The notes: a model not told the origin generated them from the letters alone. Positions 1-11,640 are shown, numbered from the stretch's first letter. The stretch: 64,000 nt of DNA from an uncultured Phycisphaerales bacterium (GCA_963755915.1 CAVWLP010000002.1:3712001-3776000); one strand, 5' to 3'. Program-made: numbers and translations.

Positions 1-3000
1 CCGCGTTTTTGAGCGTCGTTTCGCGGAGATTTCGAATCATTTCGTTGATGTTATCCTTCAGTGCCGCCACTTCCCCCTGCGCGGCCACCGCGATCGACCG
101 GGTCAGGTCTCCCTTCGTCACGGCCGTTGCCACCTCAGCGATGGCTCGCACCTGCGTCGTAAGGTTCGCGGCAAGCTGATTCACATTGTCCGTCAGATCG
201 CGCCACGTTCCCGACGCCCCCGGCACCGACGCCTGCCCGCCCAGCTTTCCTTCCACGCCCACTTCGCGGGCCACCGTAATAACCTGATCCGCGAACGTAG
301 CCAGCGTATCGATCATGTTGTTAATCGTGTCGGCCAGTTCGGCGATTTCGCCCTTCGCTTCCACAGTCAGCTTTCGCTTCAGATCGCCGTTGGCGACAGC
401 GGTCACGACCTTCGCGATATCGCGCACCTGATTGGTAAGACGCTCGGCCATGAAGTTCACGTTGTCGGTCAGTTCTTTCCACACGCCGGCAACGCCCTTC
501 ACTTCCGCCTGGCCGCCAAGTTTTCCTTCCGTACCCACTTCGCGGGCCACGCGCGTCACTTCCGATGCGAAGCTATTGAGCTGGTCCACCATCGTATTGA
601 TGGTATTTTTCAGCTCCAGGATTTCCCCCTTCACGTCCACGGTGATTTTTCGCGACAGGTCGCCATTGGCGACAGCCGTCGTCACGACGGCGATGTTTCG
701 CACCTGTGCCGTAAGGTTACCGGCCATGAGATTCACCGAGTCGGTAAGGTCTTTCCACGTACCGGCCACGCCCTTCACGTCCGCCTGCCCGCCCAGTTTG
801 CCTTCCGTACCCACCTCGCGCGCCACGCGCGTCACTTCCGAGGCGAACGATCGGAGCTGGTCCACCATCGTATTGACGGTGTTTTTCAACTCGAGAATTT
901 CCCCCTTCACGTCCACCGTGATCTTTTTGGAAAGGTCACCGGCGGCCACCGCCTTGGTCACGTCAGCGATGTTTCGCACCTGGTCCGTCAGGTTGCGGGC
1001 CATGAAGTTCACCGAGTCGGTCAGGTCCTTCCACGTCCCGGCGACCCCTTTCACTTCCGCCTGGCCGCCGAGTTTTCCTTCCGTACCTACTTCGCGCGCC
1101 ACGCGGGTCACTTCCGCCGCGAAGCTCGAAAGCTGATCCACCATCGTGTTCACGGTGTTTTTCAACTCGAGAATTTCCCCCTTCACGTCCACGGCAATCT
1201 TCTTGGAAAGGTCGCCCGCCGCCACGGCTTTGGTCACGTCCGCGATGTTTCGCACCTGCGACGTGAGATTGCCTGCCATCAGGTTCACGTTATCCGTAAG
1301 GTCTTTCCACGTACCGGCCACGCCGCGCACGTCGGCCTGCCCACCCAGTTTTCCTTCCGTACCCACTTCGCGGGCCACGCGCGTCACTTCCGATGCAAAG
1401 CTGTTGAGCTGGTCCACCATCGTGTTGATCGTGTTTTTCAGCTCCAGAATTTCCCCTTTCACCGGCACCGTGATCTTCTTCGAAAGGTCCCCCTTGGCCA
1501 CGGCCGTCGTCACTTCCGCGATGTTTCGCACCTGCCCCGTCAGGTTCGACGCCATTGAGTTCACCGAATCCGTCAGGTCCTTCCACGTACCGGCAACGCC
1601 GCGCACCTCGGCCTGCCCGCCCAGTTCTCCTTCGGTGCCCACTTCGCGCGCCACGCGTGTCACTTCCGATGCGAACGAGCTAAGCTGGCCCACCATCGTG
1701 TTGATCACGTTCTTAATCTGAAGAATCTCACCGCGCGCATCGACGGTGATCTTCTGCGTCAGGTCGCCATTTGCGATCGAGGTTGCCACCTTCGACACGT
1801 CGCGCAACTGCACCGTAAGGTTCGACGCCATCGAGTTCACCGAGTCCGTAAGGTCTTTCCACGTTCCGGAAACGCCGCGCACTTCAGCCTGGCCGCCAAG
1901 TTTTCCTTCGGTACCCACTTCGCGCGCCACGCGGGTCACTTCCGCCGCAAAGCTTGAAAGTTGGTCCACCATGACGTTAATGGTATTTTTCAATTCGAGA
2001 ATTTCCCCCTTCACGTCGACGGTGATCTTCTTGGAAAGGTCCCCATTGGCCACCGCCGTCGTCACCTGCGCAATATTTCTCACCTGCGACGTCAGATTTC
2101 CTGCCATGAGGTTCACGTTGTCGGTCAGGTCCTTCCACGTGCCAGCGACGCCGCGCACGTCGGCCTGGCCGCCCAGCTTTCCTTCCGTACCCACTTCGCG
2201 CGCCACGCGTGTTACTTCCGCCGCGAAGCTCGAAAGCTGGTCCACCATGACGTTGATGGTGTTTTTCAGCTCGAGAATTTCCCCCTTCACGTCGACGGTG
2301 ATCTTCTTGGACAAGTCGCCGTTAGCGACGGCCGTCGTCACCTGCGCGATGTTTCGCACCTGCGACGTCAGGTTACCGGCCATCGAATTCACCGAGTCCG
2401 TCAGGTCTTTCCACGTACCCGCCACGCCGCGCACGTCCGCCTGCCCGCCCAGTTTCCCTTCCGTACCCACTTCGCGCGCCACGCGCGTCACTTCGGATGC
2501 GAAGCTGTTGAGCTGGTCCACCATCGTGTTGATCGTCTGCTTGAGTTCGAGAATTTCCCCCTTCACGTCGACGGTAATTTTCTTCGACAAGTCCCCATTC
2601 GCCACCGCCGTCGTCACCACCGCGATGTTTCGCACCTGTGCCGTCAGGTTACCGGCCATCAGGTTCACCGAGTCGGTCAAGTCTTTCCACGTACCGGCCA
2701 CGCCCTTCACATCCGCCTGCCCGCCCAGTTTTCCTTCCGTACCAACTTCGCGCGCCACGCGTGTCACTTCCGAAGCAAACGATCGAAGCTGGTCCACCAT
2801 CGTGTTGATCGTATTTTTCAGCTCCAGGATTTCCCCCTTCACGTCCACGGTAATCTTCTTCGATAAGTCGCCGTTCGCGACCGCCGTCGTCACCTGCGCA
2901 ATGTTTCGCACCTGCGCCGTCAGGTTCGCCGCCATCGTGTTCACCGAGTCGGTCAAATCCTTCCACGTTCCGGCGACTCCCTTCACCTTCGCCTGCCCGC

Positions 3001-3655
3001 CCAGTTTTCCTTCCGTACCCACTTCGCGCGCCACGCGGGTCACTTCCGCCGCGAAGCTGCCAAGCTGCTCCACCATCGTGTTCACCGTGCGCGCAGTGCG
3101 CAGGAATTCGCCCGCCAGCGGACGCCCTTCGATTTCCATTGCCATGCTCTGCGACAGGTCCCCCTTCGCCACCGCCCCGATCACGCGCGACGTTTCGCTC
3201 ACCGGATAAACCAGGTCGCTAATCAGCGCGTTCACCGAATCGACCGATGCCCGCCACGATCCCGTCACGTCTCCCATCTCCGCGCGCTGCGAAAGCTTTC
3301 CTTCCTTACCCACCACCCGGCTCATTCGCTCCAGCTCCTCCGCCATCCGCTGATTCAATTCGACCACCTCATTGAACACGTCCGCGATCTTCCCATCCAT
3401 CCCCGGCAGATCCAGCGGAAGACGCGCCGTGAAATCCCCCTTCTTCAGCGCCAACAACGCGCGCAGCAGCATCGTCTTGTTCAATGCCTCCGGCTCCGCT
3501 TTCGGCGTTCGCAGAATTTCCGTGATCGATGGCTGATCCGTCAGCGCACTCTCGGCCTGCGATGAGCGATGCCCATTTCCATTCCCCCCATCATTACGGC
3601 CCGTCTTGTTCGACTTGGAGGGACGCGTTTCGCTCGAATGAGTGGTGTGCTTCAT
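1..3655 (-). CDS. Poly-HAMP hybrid sensor histidine kinase (Nik1/Os-1/OsaA-like), N-terminal ~1218 aa; continues off the left edge
   Basis: Translated by hand, as it is absent from the ORF track (no stop in window). ATG at 3655 with GGAG upstream. Reads MKHTTHSSE...[18 protein letters not shown]..., then 11 copies of an LTxQVRxIA-type unit at exactly 276-bp spacing (about 149 to 2909). Still in frame at the window edge with ...[19 protein letters not shown]. Confidence 0.93.
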   Translation of the reverse strand, partial: MKHTTHSSETRPSKSNKTGRNDGGNGNGHRSSQAESALTDQPSITEILRTPKAEPEALNKTMLLRALLALKKGDFTARLPLDLPGMDGKIADVFNEVVELNQRMAEELERMSRVVGKEGKLSQRAEMGDVTGSWRASVDSVNALISDLVYPVSETSRVIGAVAKGDLSQSMAMEIEGRPLAGEFLRTARTVNTMVEQLGSFAAEVTRVAREVGTEGKLGGQAKVKGVAGTWKDLTDSVNTMAANLTAQVRNIAQVTTAVANGDLSKKITVDVKGEILELKNTINTMVDQLRSFASEVTRVAREVGTEGKLGGQADVKGVAGTWKDLTDSVNLMAGNLTAQVRNIAVVTTAVANGDLSKKITVDVKGEILELKQTINTMVDQLNSFASEVTRVAREVGTEGKLGGQADVRGVAGTWKDLTDSVNSMAGNLTSQVRNIAQVTTAVANGDLSKKITVDVKGEILELKNTINVMVDQLSSFAAEVTRVAREVGTEGKLGGQADVRGVAGTWKDLTDNVNLMAGNLTSQVRNIAQVTTAVANGDLSKKITVDVKGEILELKNTINVMVDQLSSFAAEVTRVAREVGTEGKLGGQAEVRGVSGTWKDLTDSVNSMASNLTVQLRDVSKVATSIANGDLTQKITVDARGEILQIKNVINTMVGQLSSFASEVTRVAREVGTEGELGGQAEVRGVAGTWKDLTDSVNSMASNLTGQVRNIAEVTTAVAKGDLSKKITVPVKGEILELKNTINTMVDQLNSFASEVTRVAREVGTEGKLGGQADVRGVAGTWKDLTDNVNLMAGNLTSQVRNIADVTKAVAAGDLSKKIAVDVKGEILELKNTVNTMVDQLSSFAAEVTRVAREVGTEGKLGGQAEVKGVAGTWKDLTDSVNFMARNLTDQVRNIADVTKAVAAGDLSKKITVDVKGEILELKNTVNTMVDQLRSFASEVTRVAREVGTEGKLGGQADVKGVAGTWKDLTDSVNLMAGNLTAQVRNIAVVTTAVANGDLSRKITVDVKGEILELKNTINTMVDQLNSFASEVTRVAREVGTEGKLGGQAEVKGVAGVWKELTDNVNFMAERLTNQVRDIAKVVTAVANGDLKRKLTVEAKGEIAELADTINNMIDTLATFADQVITVAREVGVEGKLGGQASVPGASGTWRDLTDNVNQLAANLTTQVRAIAEVATAVTKGDLTRSIAVAAQGEVAALKDNINEMIRNLRETTLKNA
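140..3180 (-). repeat. Intragenic tandem 276-bp (92-aa) HAMP-unit repeats
   Basis: Near-identical blocks such as ttcgcgcgccacgcgggtcacttcc and gatgtttcgcacctg recur every 276 bp. Confidence 0.95.
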
Positions 3656-3873
3656 TGCAAAGTCTCCGACTTGTTGCCCTGATTTAGACGATGCCCGTTC
3701 GGCCGTCCGCGCGGACGGATTCATCATCCAATTTATCCATGAAAAGAATTTTCAGACAATGCGGAAAATCTGAGAATTTTCGGCAAATCAAAACGGGCTC
3801 AGGAACTGACGTTGACGAGCCCGCATTCCATTCGCTAAAACCCAATTGACGCGAGAGAAAAAGGAGTGCTGCA

Positions 3874-4380
3874 TTGAAGCCGTTTTATGTGGCCGACCTC
3901 ACCACCCAGGGTGAGCTTCGCCAGATCGCCGAATACGATTACGCCGCCTTAGAGCGCATTGGCGGCGCGATCGACGTTATCTCCCGCTGCTCATGTGAGT
4001 TATGGAAAAACCCCGAAGAGATGGAAGCCCAGCTAAGCGACTCAGGCCAAACCCTTCTTCGCTGGCGATCCACCGCTCCCACCGCCGGAATCGCCACCGT
4101 CCGCCGCGCCGATCAACAACTCGTTTCCTTGAGCCTGCTCGCCGCCGGCCATGATCCCGCCGCCGATGCCTCAACCCTCCAGGCGGCGCAAACCCACATC
4201 GTTCGCGAATTGCGCCAAACCGCCTTCGAGCCCGCGTTCGATCTGATCCATATCAAGCAGCGCCCATTGGTCGCAACTATCACCTTCGCCGACGGCAGCG
4301 CCGACTCCGAGCAAATGGTCGAAGCCCTGGCAGACCGCTGCTTCGCCGCCGCCTATTTCAGATATCTGGGACTCGCCTGA
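3874..4380 (+). CDS. Hypothetical protein (168 aa)
   Basis: AAGGAG RBS at 3861, TTG start, host-like codon usage, no recognisable motif. Confidence 0.75.
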   Translation: MKPFYVADLTTQGELRQIAEYDYAALERIGGAIDVISRCSCELWKNPEEMEAQLSDSGQTLLRWRSTAPTAGIATVRRADQQLVSLSLLAAGHDPAADASTLQAAQTHIVRELRQTAFEPAFDLIHIKQRPLVATITFADGSADSEQMVEALADRCFAAAYFRYLGLA

Positions 4381-4401
4381 AAATCCGTAACTACGATCGC
4401 A

Positions 4402-6313
4402 CTATTTCGCGCGCCGCCGATTAACGCGCCGCGACAGCGCTCCCGCGCTCGCCACCGCCAAGAGCCCAATCGACATCGGTTCCGGCACCGCCCCAATCGC
4501 CGGCAGCGGCAACCCGTTCGCCACTGCAAACGCATCCAGCGCCGCCAGGTCCGCCGGCGTCACCGCCGAAAGATTATCCCCCTGCCCAAAATTCGCCGCC
4601 AGCGCCGAAAATCCGATCCGTTCACGGAGTTCGAAAACAGGAAATTCCCCTGGTCCCAGTTCGTAACCCCCAGCCCGAAATTCGCCGCCAGGATGCTGAA
4701 GTCGCTCCCGTTCACCGTCCCGTCCAGGTTCGCATCCCCCAGCAGCGTATATTTCACCTCAATTAATCCCGACGAAAGCCCGGCCACGATATGGTTCGCC
4801 CCATCCGCCCAACCCACGCCATAATGCAGCCCATTATGCAGCGTTTGCGCGGCCGATGAAATGATCCCGCTTCCGTTCCACGTGCCGTTGTTGTAGCCGC
4901 TCTTCAGCTCCGCGTAGACGGTGCTCATCGGATCGCCGCCGTTGGAATAATTCACCAGCAGCTCGTTCTTGGTGATGTCGACGGTTCCGCCGACCGAGAG
5001 GTTGTCGACCTCAATAACATTGCCGGAGCCTTGGATGGTCGCCGTCCCGCCCGCCGCGACCGAAAGCGTGTTGGCCGTTGAGGAGTTCCCGAATGCGATA
5101 GAGGCGTCGCTGTCGACCGTGATAATCGACTGATAGATCACCGACCCGCCGCCGCTCTGGGTAATTTTATCCCCGCTGTCAATGGTCAGGGGATTAGCGA
5201 TAATCAGCGAAGCGCCGCTGGCGACGTTGAAAACCGTATTGCTGGCAATGGTCGTGGGGATGTTGATCTCCTGCGTGCCGTTCTGCACGATCACCTCGGC
5301 ATCGCCGCTGGACGCCTGGAGTGTCAGTGAACCGGTTCCCGTGATTTCGTATTCATTGGCGTTATTGAAATTGATGGTCCCAACCGTGATCGCCGAATCG
5401 GAATAAACGGTGGTATTGGAAGTGGCCGCGCTGTAGAAGTCGGCTTCCGCGCCGCGCCGTTGGGCACCACGCCGGTCCAGTTGTTCACATTGTTCCAGCT
5501 TCCCGAGCTCGTAGAGTTCCATTGCTGAGGGGCGGTGGTGCTGGTGATGGCGAGGTTGTTCAACTCAATATCGCTGCCCCCCTCGCCGTTATCGTTGTAA
5601 ACGGCGAACTGTGAGGGCCCGCCGGTGCCCATCGAAATCTGCCCGGTAAATGTCTGCGACGCCCCGGTAACGCTGCCGTTGACGGCCGACGTGACGGTAA
5701 ACGTGTAATCGCCCGAGGAATCGTTCAGCTCAAAGGCGAACGTATCGCCGCTCAGATAATTGTACGGGACCGTTGTCTCCAGCGTATCCGACTGCGTGGC
5801 ATCGGTCAGAAAATATCCCGAAGCGCCGCCGGCCGTGTGGAAGTCGAAAAGCGTGTTGCCCGAAGAATCCTCCAGGGCCCATCCCAGTGCCGAGCCACCG
5901 CCTTGCGTTTGATTGGCGTAATGCAAAACGTCGGAGAATTTGAAGACCTGGTCGGGCGATAGCGCGCCGCCGGTGAACGGGCGGACGGCCGTCGTCACGT
6001 CCACGCCATAGTCGCCGCCGCCGTTGCCGTCGTTGGTGTCGTTCCATACATCGAAGTCGGGCTCAGTGACGACGCCAGTGTTGTCGTAGGTGCTGCCGTT
6101 GATGTAATCGCCGCCGGTGCCGGTGATGTTCACAGTCCAGGGCCCGAACCCTGTGCCCCCGTTTTCGCCGGCGAAAGCGTCGTACAACGTGTAAGCCGAA
6201 TTGGAAGCGTTGTCGGAAGCCGTATCAGCCGCACGAGCGGCGCGGATTCCGAAAGATGCCACTGTCAGCGCCGCAGCGCCGACGACGATAGACTGCCTCG
6301 TTTTCGATTGCAT
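4402..6313 (-). CDS. Secreted PEP-CTERM protein: uncharacterised N-domain, beta-strand repeats and dockerin-like tail (2 probable sequencing frameshifts, ~5455 and ~4607)
   Basis: GAGGAGG RBS, then ATG 6313 with signal peptide MQSKTRQSIVVGAAALTVASFGIRAARA. Joining frames gives ...GDANLDGTVNGSDFSILAANFG...AVPEPMSIGLLAVASAGALSRRVNRRRAK, TAG at 4402. Confidence 0.88.
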
Positions 6314-6368
6314 GTGACCTCCTCTGACGAGCCTGCCTCTGGAACGTTTGTGCGATTTGAACGGCGGC

Positions 6369-6434
6369 AATTTATCAATTCGACGCCAGCGCAATCTATG
6401 TCTTTTCGCGCCAATCTCGCTCCGTTTTGCGGCG
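6369..6434 (-). promoter_or_regulatory. XylR/AraC-type direct-repeat site A plus -10 (TAAATT at 6374)
   Basis: Minus strand CGCCGCAAAA-CGGAGCGAGAT-TGGCGCGAAA, matching four other sites in module 1. Confidence 0.75.
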
Positions 6435-6622
6435 GGCATCCCCGATGTGAAGGGCGGCAATGTTTATCGTATAAACCAGTAGAATCTGGAGAATCTGCAA
6501 GGATCGTGTCACCTGTACGCCAGCCCCCAATCGTCTCGATTGCGACAAACAGATCGCGCAAACAAAAACGTGCCGAGTCAGGCTCGGCACGTGCGGAGGG
6601 TATTACGTCGCGCGAACTCTAA

Positions 6623-7480
6623 TCATCTTTCGCTGCGACGGCGTCTGATCATCAGCATTGCCATCCCTGTGCCCACCGCGGCCAGCGAAACCGGCTCCGG
6701 CACATTGGTGATTGCCAGGTCGTCAAACTGCACGTCGCTCCCCTCACCGCCGTTGTTGTTGTAAATCGCCACCTGCGAAATTCCCCCCGTAAGCATCGAG
6801 ATCGTCCCGGTATACGCCTGCGATCCGCCGGCAACACTTCCGCCCGACGCAGTGAAGCTGTACGCGGCCGTCGCCGGTCCCACGCTATTCAGCGTAAAGC
6901 TGAAGGTGTCGATGGCGTGATAGTTATACCCCACGCCCGACACCGTCCCGGTTTGCGTTGCATCGCTCAGCAGATATCCCGGTCCGCCGCCTTGCACGTG
7001 GAAATCGAACAGTGCATTCCCGCTCGAATCCTCCAGGCTGAAACCGAGGTTGCTTGGACCGCCGTTGCTCGGATTGCTCCCGTTATTAAGCTGCTCGACA
7101 AACGAGAAATCCTGATTCGCGGCCAGCGCGCCGGTGAAAGGCCGTATCGCCGTAGTCGCATCTGTGACCGAGCCTGGGGTTGGCGAGTTCTGGGTTCCGT
7201 TGCAGTAAATGTCGAATCCCTGACCCGCGCCCGGAGTTGTCAAATCCACGTTATTCCACATGAAACTTCCGTACTCGTTCGCGTTGGACGTTGACTCCAG
7301 GACGTTCCAGGCTCCGAATCCAGTGCCGCCGTTCAGGCCATTAAAATTGTTGTAGCCTGTGTAAGGGGGATTATTCGATACCATGTCCGATGCGACCAGC
7401 GACGCACGCGCGACAGTGCCGACACCGCCCAAAACTGCCGCACCCAGACCGACCCACAATAATTTCCCGTTGTTCCGCAT
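6623..7480 (-). CDS. Small PEP-CTERM protein (285 aa), paralog of the N-domain of 4402-6313
   Basis: GGAGG RBS, signal peptide, C-terminal VPEP + hydrophobic helix + RRRR. Confidence 0.92.
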   Translation of the reverse strand: MRNNGKLLWVGLGAAVLGGVGTVARASLVASDMVSNNPPYTGYNNFNGLNGGTGFGAWNVLESTSNANEYGSFMWNNVDLTTPGAGQGFDIYCNGTQNSPTPGSVTDATTAIRPFTGALAANQDFSFVEQLNNGSNPSNGGPSNLGFSLEDSSGNALFDFHVQGGGPGYLLSDATQTGTVSGVGYNYHAIDTFSFTLNSVGPATAAYSFTASGGSVAGGSQAYTGTISMLTGGISQVAIYNNNGGEGSDVQFDDLAITNVPEPVSLAAVGTGMAMLMIRRRRSER

Positions 7481-7561
7481 TTTTTCCTCCAGCGCTTTAC
7501 GCGCAAGCCAGGTTTCTCACCCAAATTTCTCACTCGCCGATATGAACTAACGCGGAATGCG

Positions 7562-7626
7562 AAGTTACCTCACAACCGCGAACCGACAAGCAGCATTTCA
7601 CGTCAATCTCCCTCCGATTTGCGACA
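7562..7626 (-). promoter_or_regulatory. Direct-repeat site B plus -10 (TAACTT at 7567)
   Basis: Minus strand TGTCGCAAAT-CGGAGGGAGAT-TGACGTGAAA. Confidence 0.78.
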
Positions 7627-7739
7627 GAATGAATTGGGCACGAAACCCCCCGTCGCGTCCCGATATTCCGCATGATCCTGCGGAATTCCCCGCCAGACGG
7701 ATTAACCCCTAAAACCGGCCGTTTCTGCTCATTTCGATT

Positions 7740-7804
7740 TGCCGCGAAACGGAGAACGATTGGCGTCAATTGAAATAGCAGGCACCTTTTCAGCGGGTTA
7801 GCAT
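7740..7804 (+). promoter_or_regulatory. Direct-repeat site C plus -10 (TAGCAT at 7799)
   Basis: TGCCGCGAAA-CGGAGAACGAT-TGGCGTCAAT upstream of the prepilin-like gene. Confidence 0.78.
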
Positions 7805-7846
7805 TCCCCTCGTCAGGACACCTCAGGCACAGGAAGCGAGCAGGAC

Positions 7847-8686
7847 ATGACGACGACCGCGAAGCAAAGTTCCCGGCTCAAATCCGGCTTTACCCTCGTC
7901 GAATTGCTCGTCGTCATCGGCATCATTGCCATCCTGATCGGCATCCTCCTGCCGGCGCTTCAAAAGGCCCGTCAGCAGGGCCAACTCGTCGCCTGCCAGT
8001 CAAACATCCGTGAAATCCTTCAGGCCATGCAGAATTATTTGAGCGATAACAACTCCACGTTTCCGAATGGACGGAATTTCTCGTGGGAAATGGAGAAAGA
8101 ATCAAACGGATCGCCCATGTATCCAAACCTGGATCCATTGACATACACGTCGGGAGGCGCACTTCCAACCAACGATTACATCCAGGATTTTCTATCGCCC
8201 TACCTGCACTACACCGAAGACGGCAATAACCCAAGCACGCTTCCCAGCACCGAGAGCTATGCGGGCCCTGTGAATCTCGTGTGGCATTGTCCGGCGCTGC
8301 CGCCCGGTCAATTTGCCCAGCCATGGATGGACACCCCGACGGCAACGGCGTATCGCTATAATCTGGCTTATGCTTGTGGCTACAAGGCACGCCGTGTCAC
8401 ATCCTCCACAATTGCGATGCTATTTTACGATGAGGTGTGGGTCGATAAAAACTGGCCTCCAGGATCGTATCCCCATTTTCCCCGCAGCGCTAACTCGGCC
8501 ACCGTCAACGTTGGCTATGTCGATGGTCACGTCGAGCCCCACACCTATGCCCAGTTTGTGGCCGGTCTTTACCCAGTGACAGTAACGATAAAACTTCCCA
8601 GCGGCGTGAACTATGCCTATGCGACAGACACCGCGCCACAAGAACAATACGCGACCTTTTACAAACAAGGCTACGGCAACCCATAA
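7847..8686 (+). CDS. Prepilin-type N-methylation / H-X9-DG (DUF1559-like) protein 1
   Basis: Class III signal G^[33 protein letters not shown]-terminal PH...NVGYVDGHVE. Confidence 0.93.
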   Translation: MTTTAKQSSRLKSGFTLVELLVVIGIIAILIGILLPALQKARQQGQLVACQSNIREILQAMQNYLSDNNSTFPNGRNFSWEMEKESNGSPMYPNLDPLTYTSGGALPTNDYIQDFLSPYLHYTEDGNNPSTLPSTESYAGPVNLVWHCPALPPGQFAQPWMDTPTATAYRYNLAYACGYKARRVTSSTIAMLFYDEVWVDKNWPPGSYPHFPRSANSATVNVGYVDGHVEPHTYAQFVAGLYPVTVTIKLPSGVNYAYATDTAPQEQYATFYKQGYGNP

Positions 8687-8705
8687 CCTCACCTGAAAAA
8701 CCTCT

Positions 8706-11603
8706 ATGAAGCGCAAATTAGTTCGGAGGCGGCGAGCGCTGATCGAGCAATTGGAAGTCCGCCAATTGCTTTCCGGAATCATTGCCGACTCAAATTTCGC
8801 CACCCCCTCAATCTCTCACAACAGCTATTCCTACGACCCCACCGGCTCCGTCTGGACATTCGTCTCCACCGCCGGAGTCGTTTATCCTCCAAGCTCGCTC
8901 GGCGCTCCCTCCGCCCCCGCCGGCAGCGGCTCAAACCAAATCGCCTTTCTCCAAACCAATCGCAGCGCCAGCCAATATAACGGCTCCCAGGACGGCACCA
9001 TCTCCCAATCGATCACCCTCCCCTCCACCGGCTATTTCACCTTCAGCGTCTACGCCGCAGCGGATTCCAGCGATGTCGGCGGATCCGTCGCCGCCGAAGA
9101 ATCCTTCATGGTCGAGATCGACGGCACCCCCGTCCTCACCGGCCTGCATCCAACCAGCAGCTCCTTCGCCAGCGTCGGCGGAACCTTCTACGCCACCGCC
9201 GGAACCCACACGTTTTCCCTCGTCTCCACCGGTCCCAACGACCCAACAACGACCTTCATCGACGACCCCCAATTGGTCGCCGCCACCGTCGGCGCCGCGA
9301 CTCAGCTCGTTTTCTCAACGGTCTCTGAATCCCTGGCAACCGGCGTGAAATCCAGCCTCATGACCCTGACCTTAGAAAGCGCCGCCGGCCTCCCGGTAAC
9401 CGCAGGCGCCGGCGGCGTGACCGTCAATCTCAGTTCCACCTCAAGCTCGGGAATCTTCTTCAACAGCGGCAATGCCGTCGCATCTACTGTGACGATTGCC
9501 GCCGGCGCCAGCACCGCCAGCTTCTACTACCAAGACACCACCGCCGGCTCCCCCACGCTCACCGCCTCCTCTCCCAGCTTAACCAGCGCTACCCAGCAGG
9601 AGTCCGTCCAGGCAGTAATCTCCAGCTCATTCCTCCACACCTCCGGCACAAACATCGTCAACGCCGCCGGCCAAACCATCGAACTTCGCGGCGTCAATCT
9701 CGGAAGCTGGCTCATCATGGAAGGCTGGATGTCCCCTCTCGACAGCTCCGGACTCCCGGACGAATACGGCGTCATCCAAACCCTCGACAACCGCTTCGGC
9801 GTCGCCACCGAACAAAGCCTCCTCACCACCTACCAGCAAAACTGGATCACCACTCAGGACCTGGAAAACATCAAGAACGAAGGCTTCAACGTCATCCGCG
9901 TCCCCGTCTGGTGGGCCGACTTCGAAACCCTCCAGGGCCAGTGGCGTACCGACGCCTTCAACGAACTCGATTGGCTCGTCAACACCGCCGGCTCACTCGG
10001 AATCTACACCATCATCGACATGCACGGCGTCGTAGGCGGCGAAAGCACCTCCGACGACACTGGCCAGGAAAATCTCGACAACTACTGGACCAGCCCCTAC
10101 GACCAGCAACAGACCGACATCCTCTGGGAAAACATCGCCCAGCACTACAAGAACAACCCCTATGTCGCCGGCTACGACCTCATGAACGAGCCCGACAACG
10201 CCCCCAGCGACTCGGCCGTCATCTCCGCCTACGACCAGCTCTACAGCGCCGTCCGCTCCGTCGACACCAACCACATCGCGATTATCGAGGGAACATTCGA
10301 CCAGTGGAACTGGAGCATGCTCCCCAGTCCCTCTTCCCAAGGCTGGACCGACGTCGTTTACGAGATGCACGAATACCAATGGAACGACACGACCAATCCA
10401 TCAGGCGTAGAAGCCGGCACCAACAACCAGGTCAGCGATTTCCAGAACCACTCCTACTACGACGTTCCCGACTACATCGGCGAATTCAACGATTTCGGCA
10501 CCGGCTCCAGCACCTGGCAATACACCTTCCAGCAGTACGATAACAACAACATTAGTTGGAGCTTCTGGTCCTACAAAGCCACCGATGGCACCGCCTCCAG
10601 CATGGATAGCTGGGGCCTGTACGATCCCATCAACAGTCTCCCCGCCCCCAATATTCAAACCGCCACGTTGTCCACGATTTCACAGGATTGGACGGGTGTC
10701 ACGACGACCGGCTATTTCGCCATCAACACGCTGATACAGCCGGCCCTTCAGGCGGCGGGCGTTGTCGGCAATATCGTCGCCTGGACCGACAAAGACGGCA
10801 ACGACAACTGGTCCGATCCAAATAACTGGAGCACCGGCGCCATTCCCAATTCCTCCAGCGATGTGATCATCTACTCCGGCGAGGTCGTCGCCTCCAGCGC
10901 AATCAACGTCGCGACCCTCACGATCTACGGTGGCGAGTTGCAGTTCGCCACAAACAGTGGATATTCCGCCGTCACCTCCCTGAACATCATGCCCAGCGGC
11001 GTCTTGGATCTCACCAACAACCGCCTCTATATCGACTTCGGCACGGGCAACACCGACCCGGTCTCCATGATCTATACCTGGCTTCAAAGCGGCTACAACG
11101 GCGGAGCCTGGAACGGCCCGGGAATCGATTCCTCCAGCGCCGCCGCCAACAACCTTTACGCCTTGGGATACGCCGACGGCTACGACATCCTCACCCCGGG
11201 CCTCAGCTTCGGCCAAATCGAAATCGCTTACACCCTCTATGGCGACGCGAACCTCGACGGCACCGTCAACGGCACCGATTTCTCGATTTTGGCCGCCCAC
11301 TTCGGCCTGGGCGCAACCGCCTGGGACGCGGGAGACTTCACCTACGGCGGCGTCGTCAACGGCACCGATTTCAGCCTCCTCGCCGAAAACTTCGGCCAGG
11401 GCGCCACCGGCGCCGCAAGCGGGTCAGAGCCCAGCATCGCCTTCGCCGCCGCCGCCCTCACCACCGACGATCCCACCACGCTTCCCGCGTTGACCCCTTC
11501 GAAAAAGACAACGCAGGGAGTGATGGCTCGCTTGGTGAGCGCGCCGCCGGTCAAAGCGAAGCAAACCAAGCCTTCCACTAGCTCCACCCATCACGGATTC
11601 TGA
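8706..11603 (+). CDS. Extracellular GH5 glycoside hydrolase with planctomycete LExRxLLS N-terminal motif, Ig-like domains and dockerin-like tail (no PEP-CTERM)
   Basis: RRALIEQLEVRQLLS; GH5 motifs GVNLGSWLIMEGWM, IDMHG, YDLMNEP, YIGEFN; GDANLDGTVNGTDFSILAAHFG duplicated EF-hand-like loops. Confidence 0.9.
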   Translation: MKRKLVRRRRALIEQLEVRQLLSGIIADSNFATPSISHNSYSYDPTGSVWTFVSTAGVVYPPSSLGAPSAPAGSGSNQIAFLQTNRSASQYNGSQDGTISQSITLPSTGYFTFSVYAAADSSDVGGSVAAEESFMVEIDGTPVLTGLHPTSSSFASVGGTFYATAGTHTFSLVSTGPNDPTTTFIDDPQLVAATVGAATQLVFSTVSESLATGVKSSLMTLTLESAAGLPVTAGAGGVTVNLSSTSSSGIFFNSGNAVASTVTIAAGASTASFYYQDTTAGSPTLTASSPSLTSATQQESVQAVISSSFLHTSGTNIVNAAGQTIELRGVNLGSWLIMEGWMSPLDSSGLPDEYGVIQTLDNRFGVATEQSLLTTYQQNWITTQDLENIKNEGFNVIRVPVWWADFETLQGQWRTDAFNELDWLVNTAGSLGIYTIIDMHGVVGGESTSDDTGQENLDNYWTSPYDQQQTDILWENIAQHYKNNPYVAGYDLMNEPDNAPSDSAVISAYDQLYSAVRSVDTNHIAIIEGTFDQWNWSMLPSPSSQGWTDVVYEMHEYQWNDTTNPSGVEAGTNNQVSDFQNHSYYDVPDYIGEFNDFGTGSSTWQYTFQQYDNNNISWSFWSYKATDGTASSMDSWGLYDPINSLPAPNIQTATLSTISQDWTGVTTTGYFAINTLIQPALQAAGVVGNIVAWTDKDGNDNWSDPNNWSTGAIPNSSSDVIIYSGEVVASSAINVATLTIYGGELQFATNSGYSAVTSLNIMPSGVLDLTNNRLYIDFGTGNTDPVSMIYTWLQSGYNGGAWNGPGIDSSSAAANNLYALGYADGYDILTPGLSFGQIEIAYTLYGDANLDGTVNGTDFSILAAHFGLGATAWDAGDFTYGGVVNGTDFSLLAENFGQGATGAASGSEPSIAFAAAALTTDDPTTLPALTPSKKTTQGVMARLVSAPPVKAKQTKPSTSSTHHGF

Positions 11604-11640
11604 CCAACTCAGAACCAACGGTATCCCAACTCCTCTCCCC

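Noticed and set aside
140-3180. Regular repeats as a possible CRISPR array
   Set aside because: 276-bp in-frame coding units with no unique spacers; no cas genes seen in the window.
432-3209. Long + strand ORFs (432-1136, 1146-1721, 1746-3209, 1961-2866)
   Set aside because: Antisense shadows of the minus-strand poly-HAMP gene, which has the RBS and recognisable motifs.
6521-6547. Sixth module-1 site (TGTCGCAATCGAGACGATTGGGGGC, minus strand)
   Set aside because: Box spacing is 18 rather than 21 bp; possibly degenerate or affected by deletion, so not counted.
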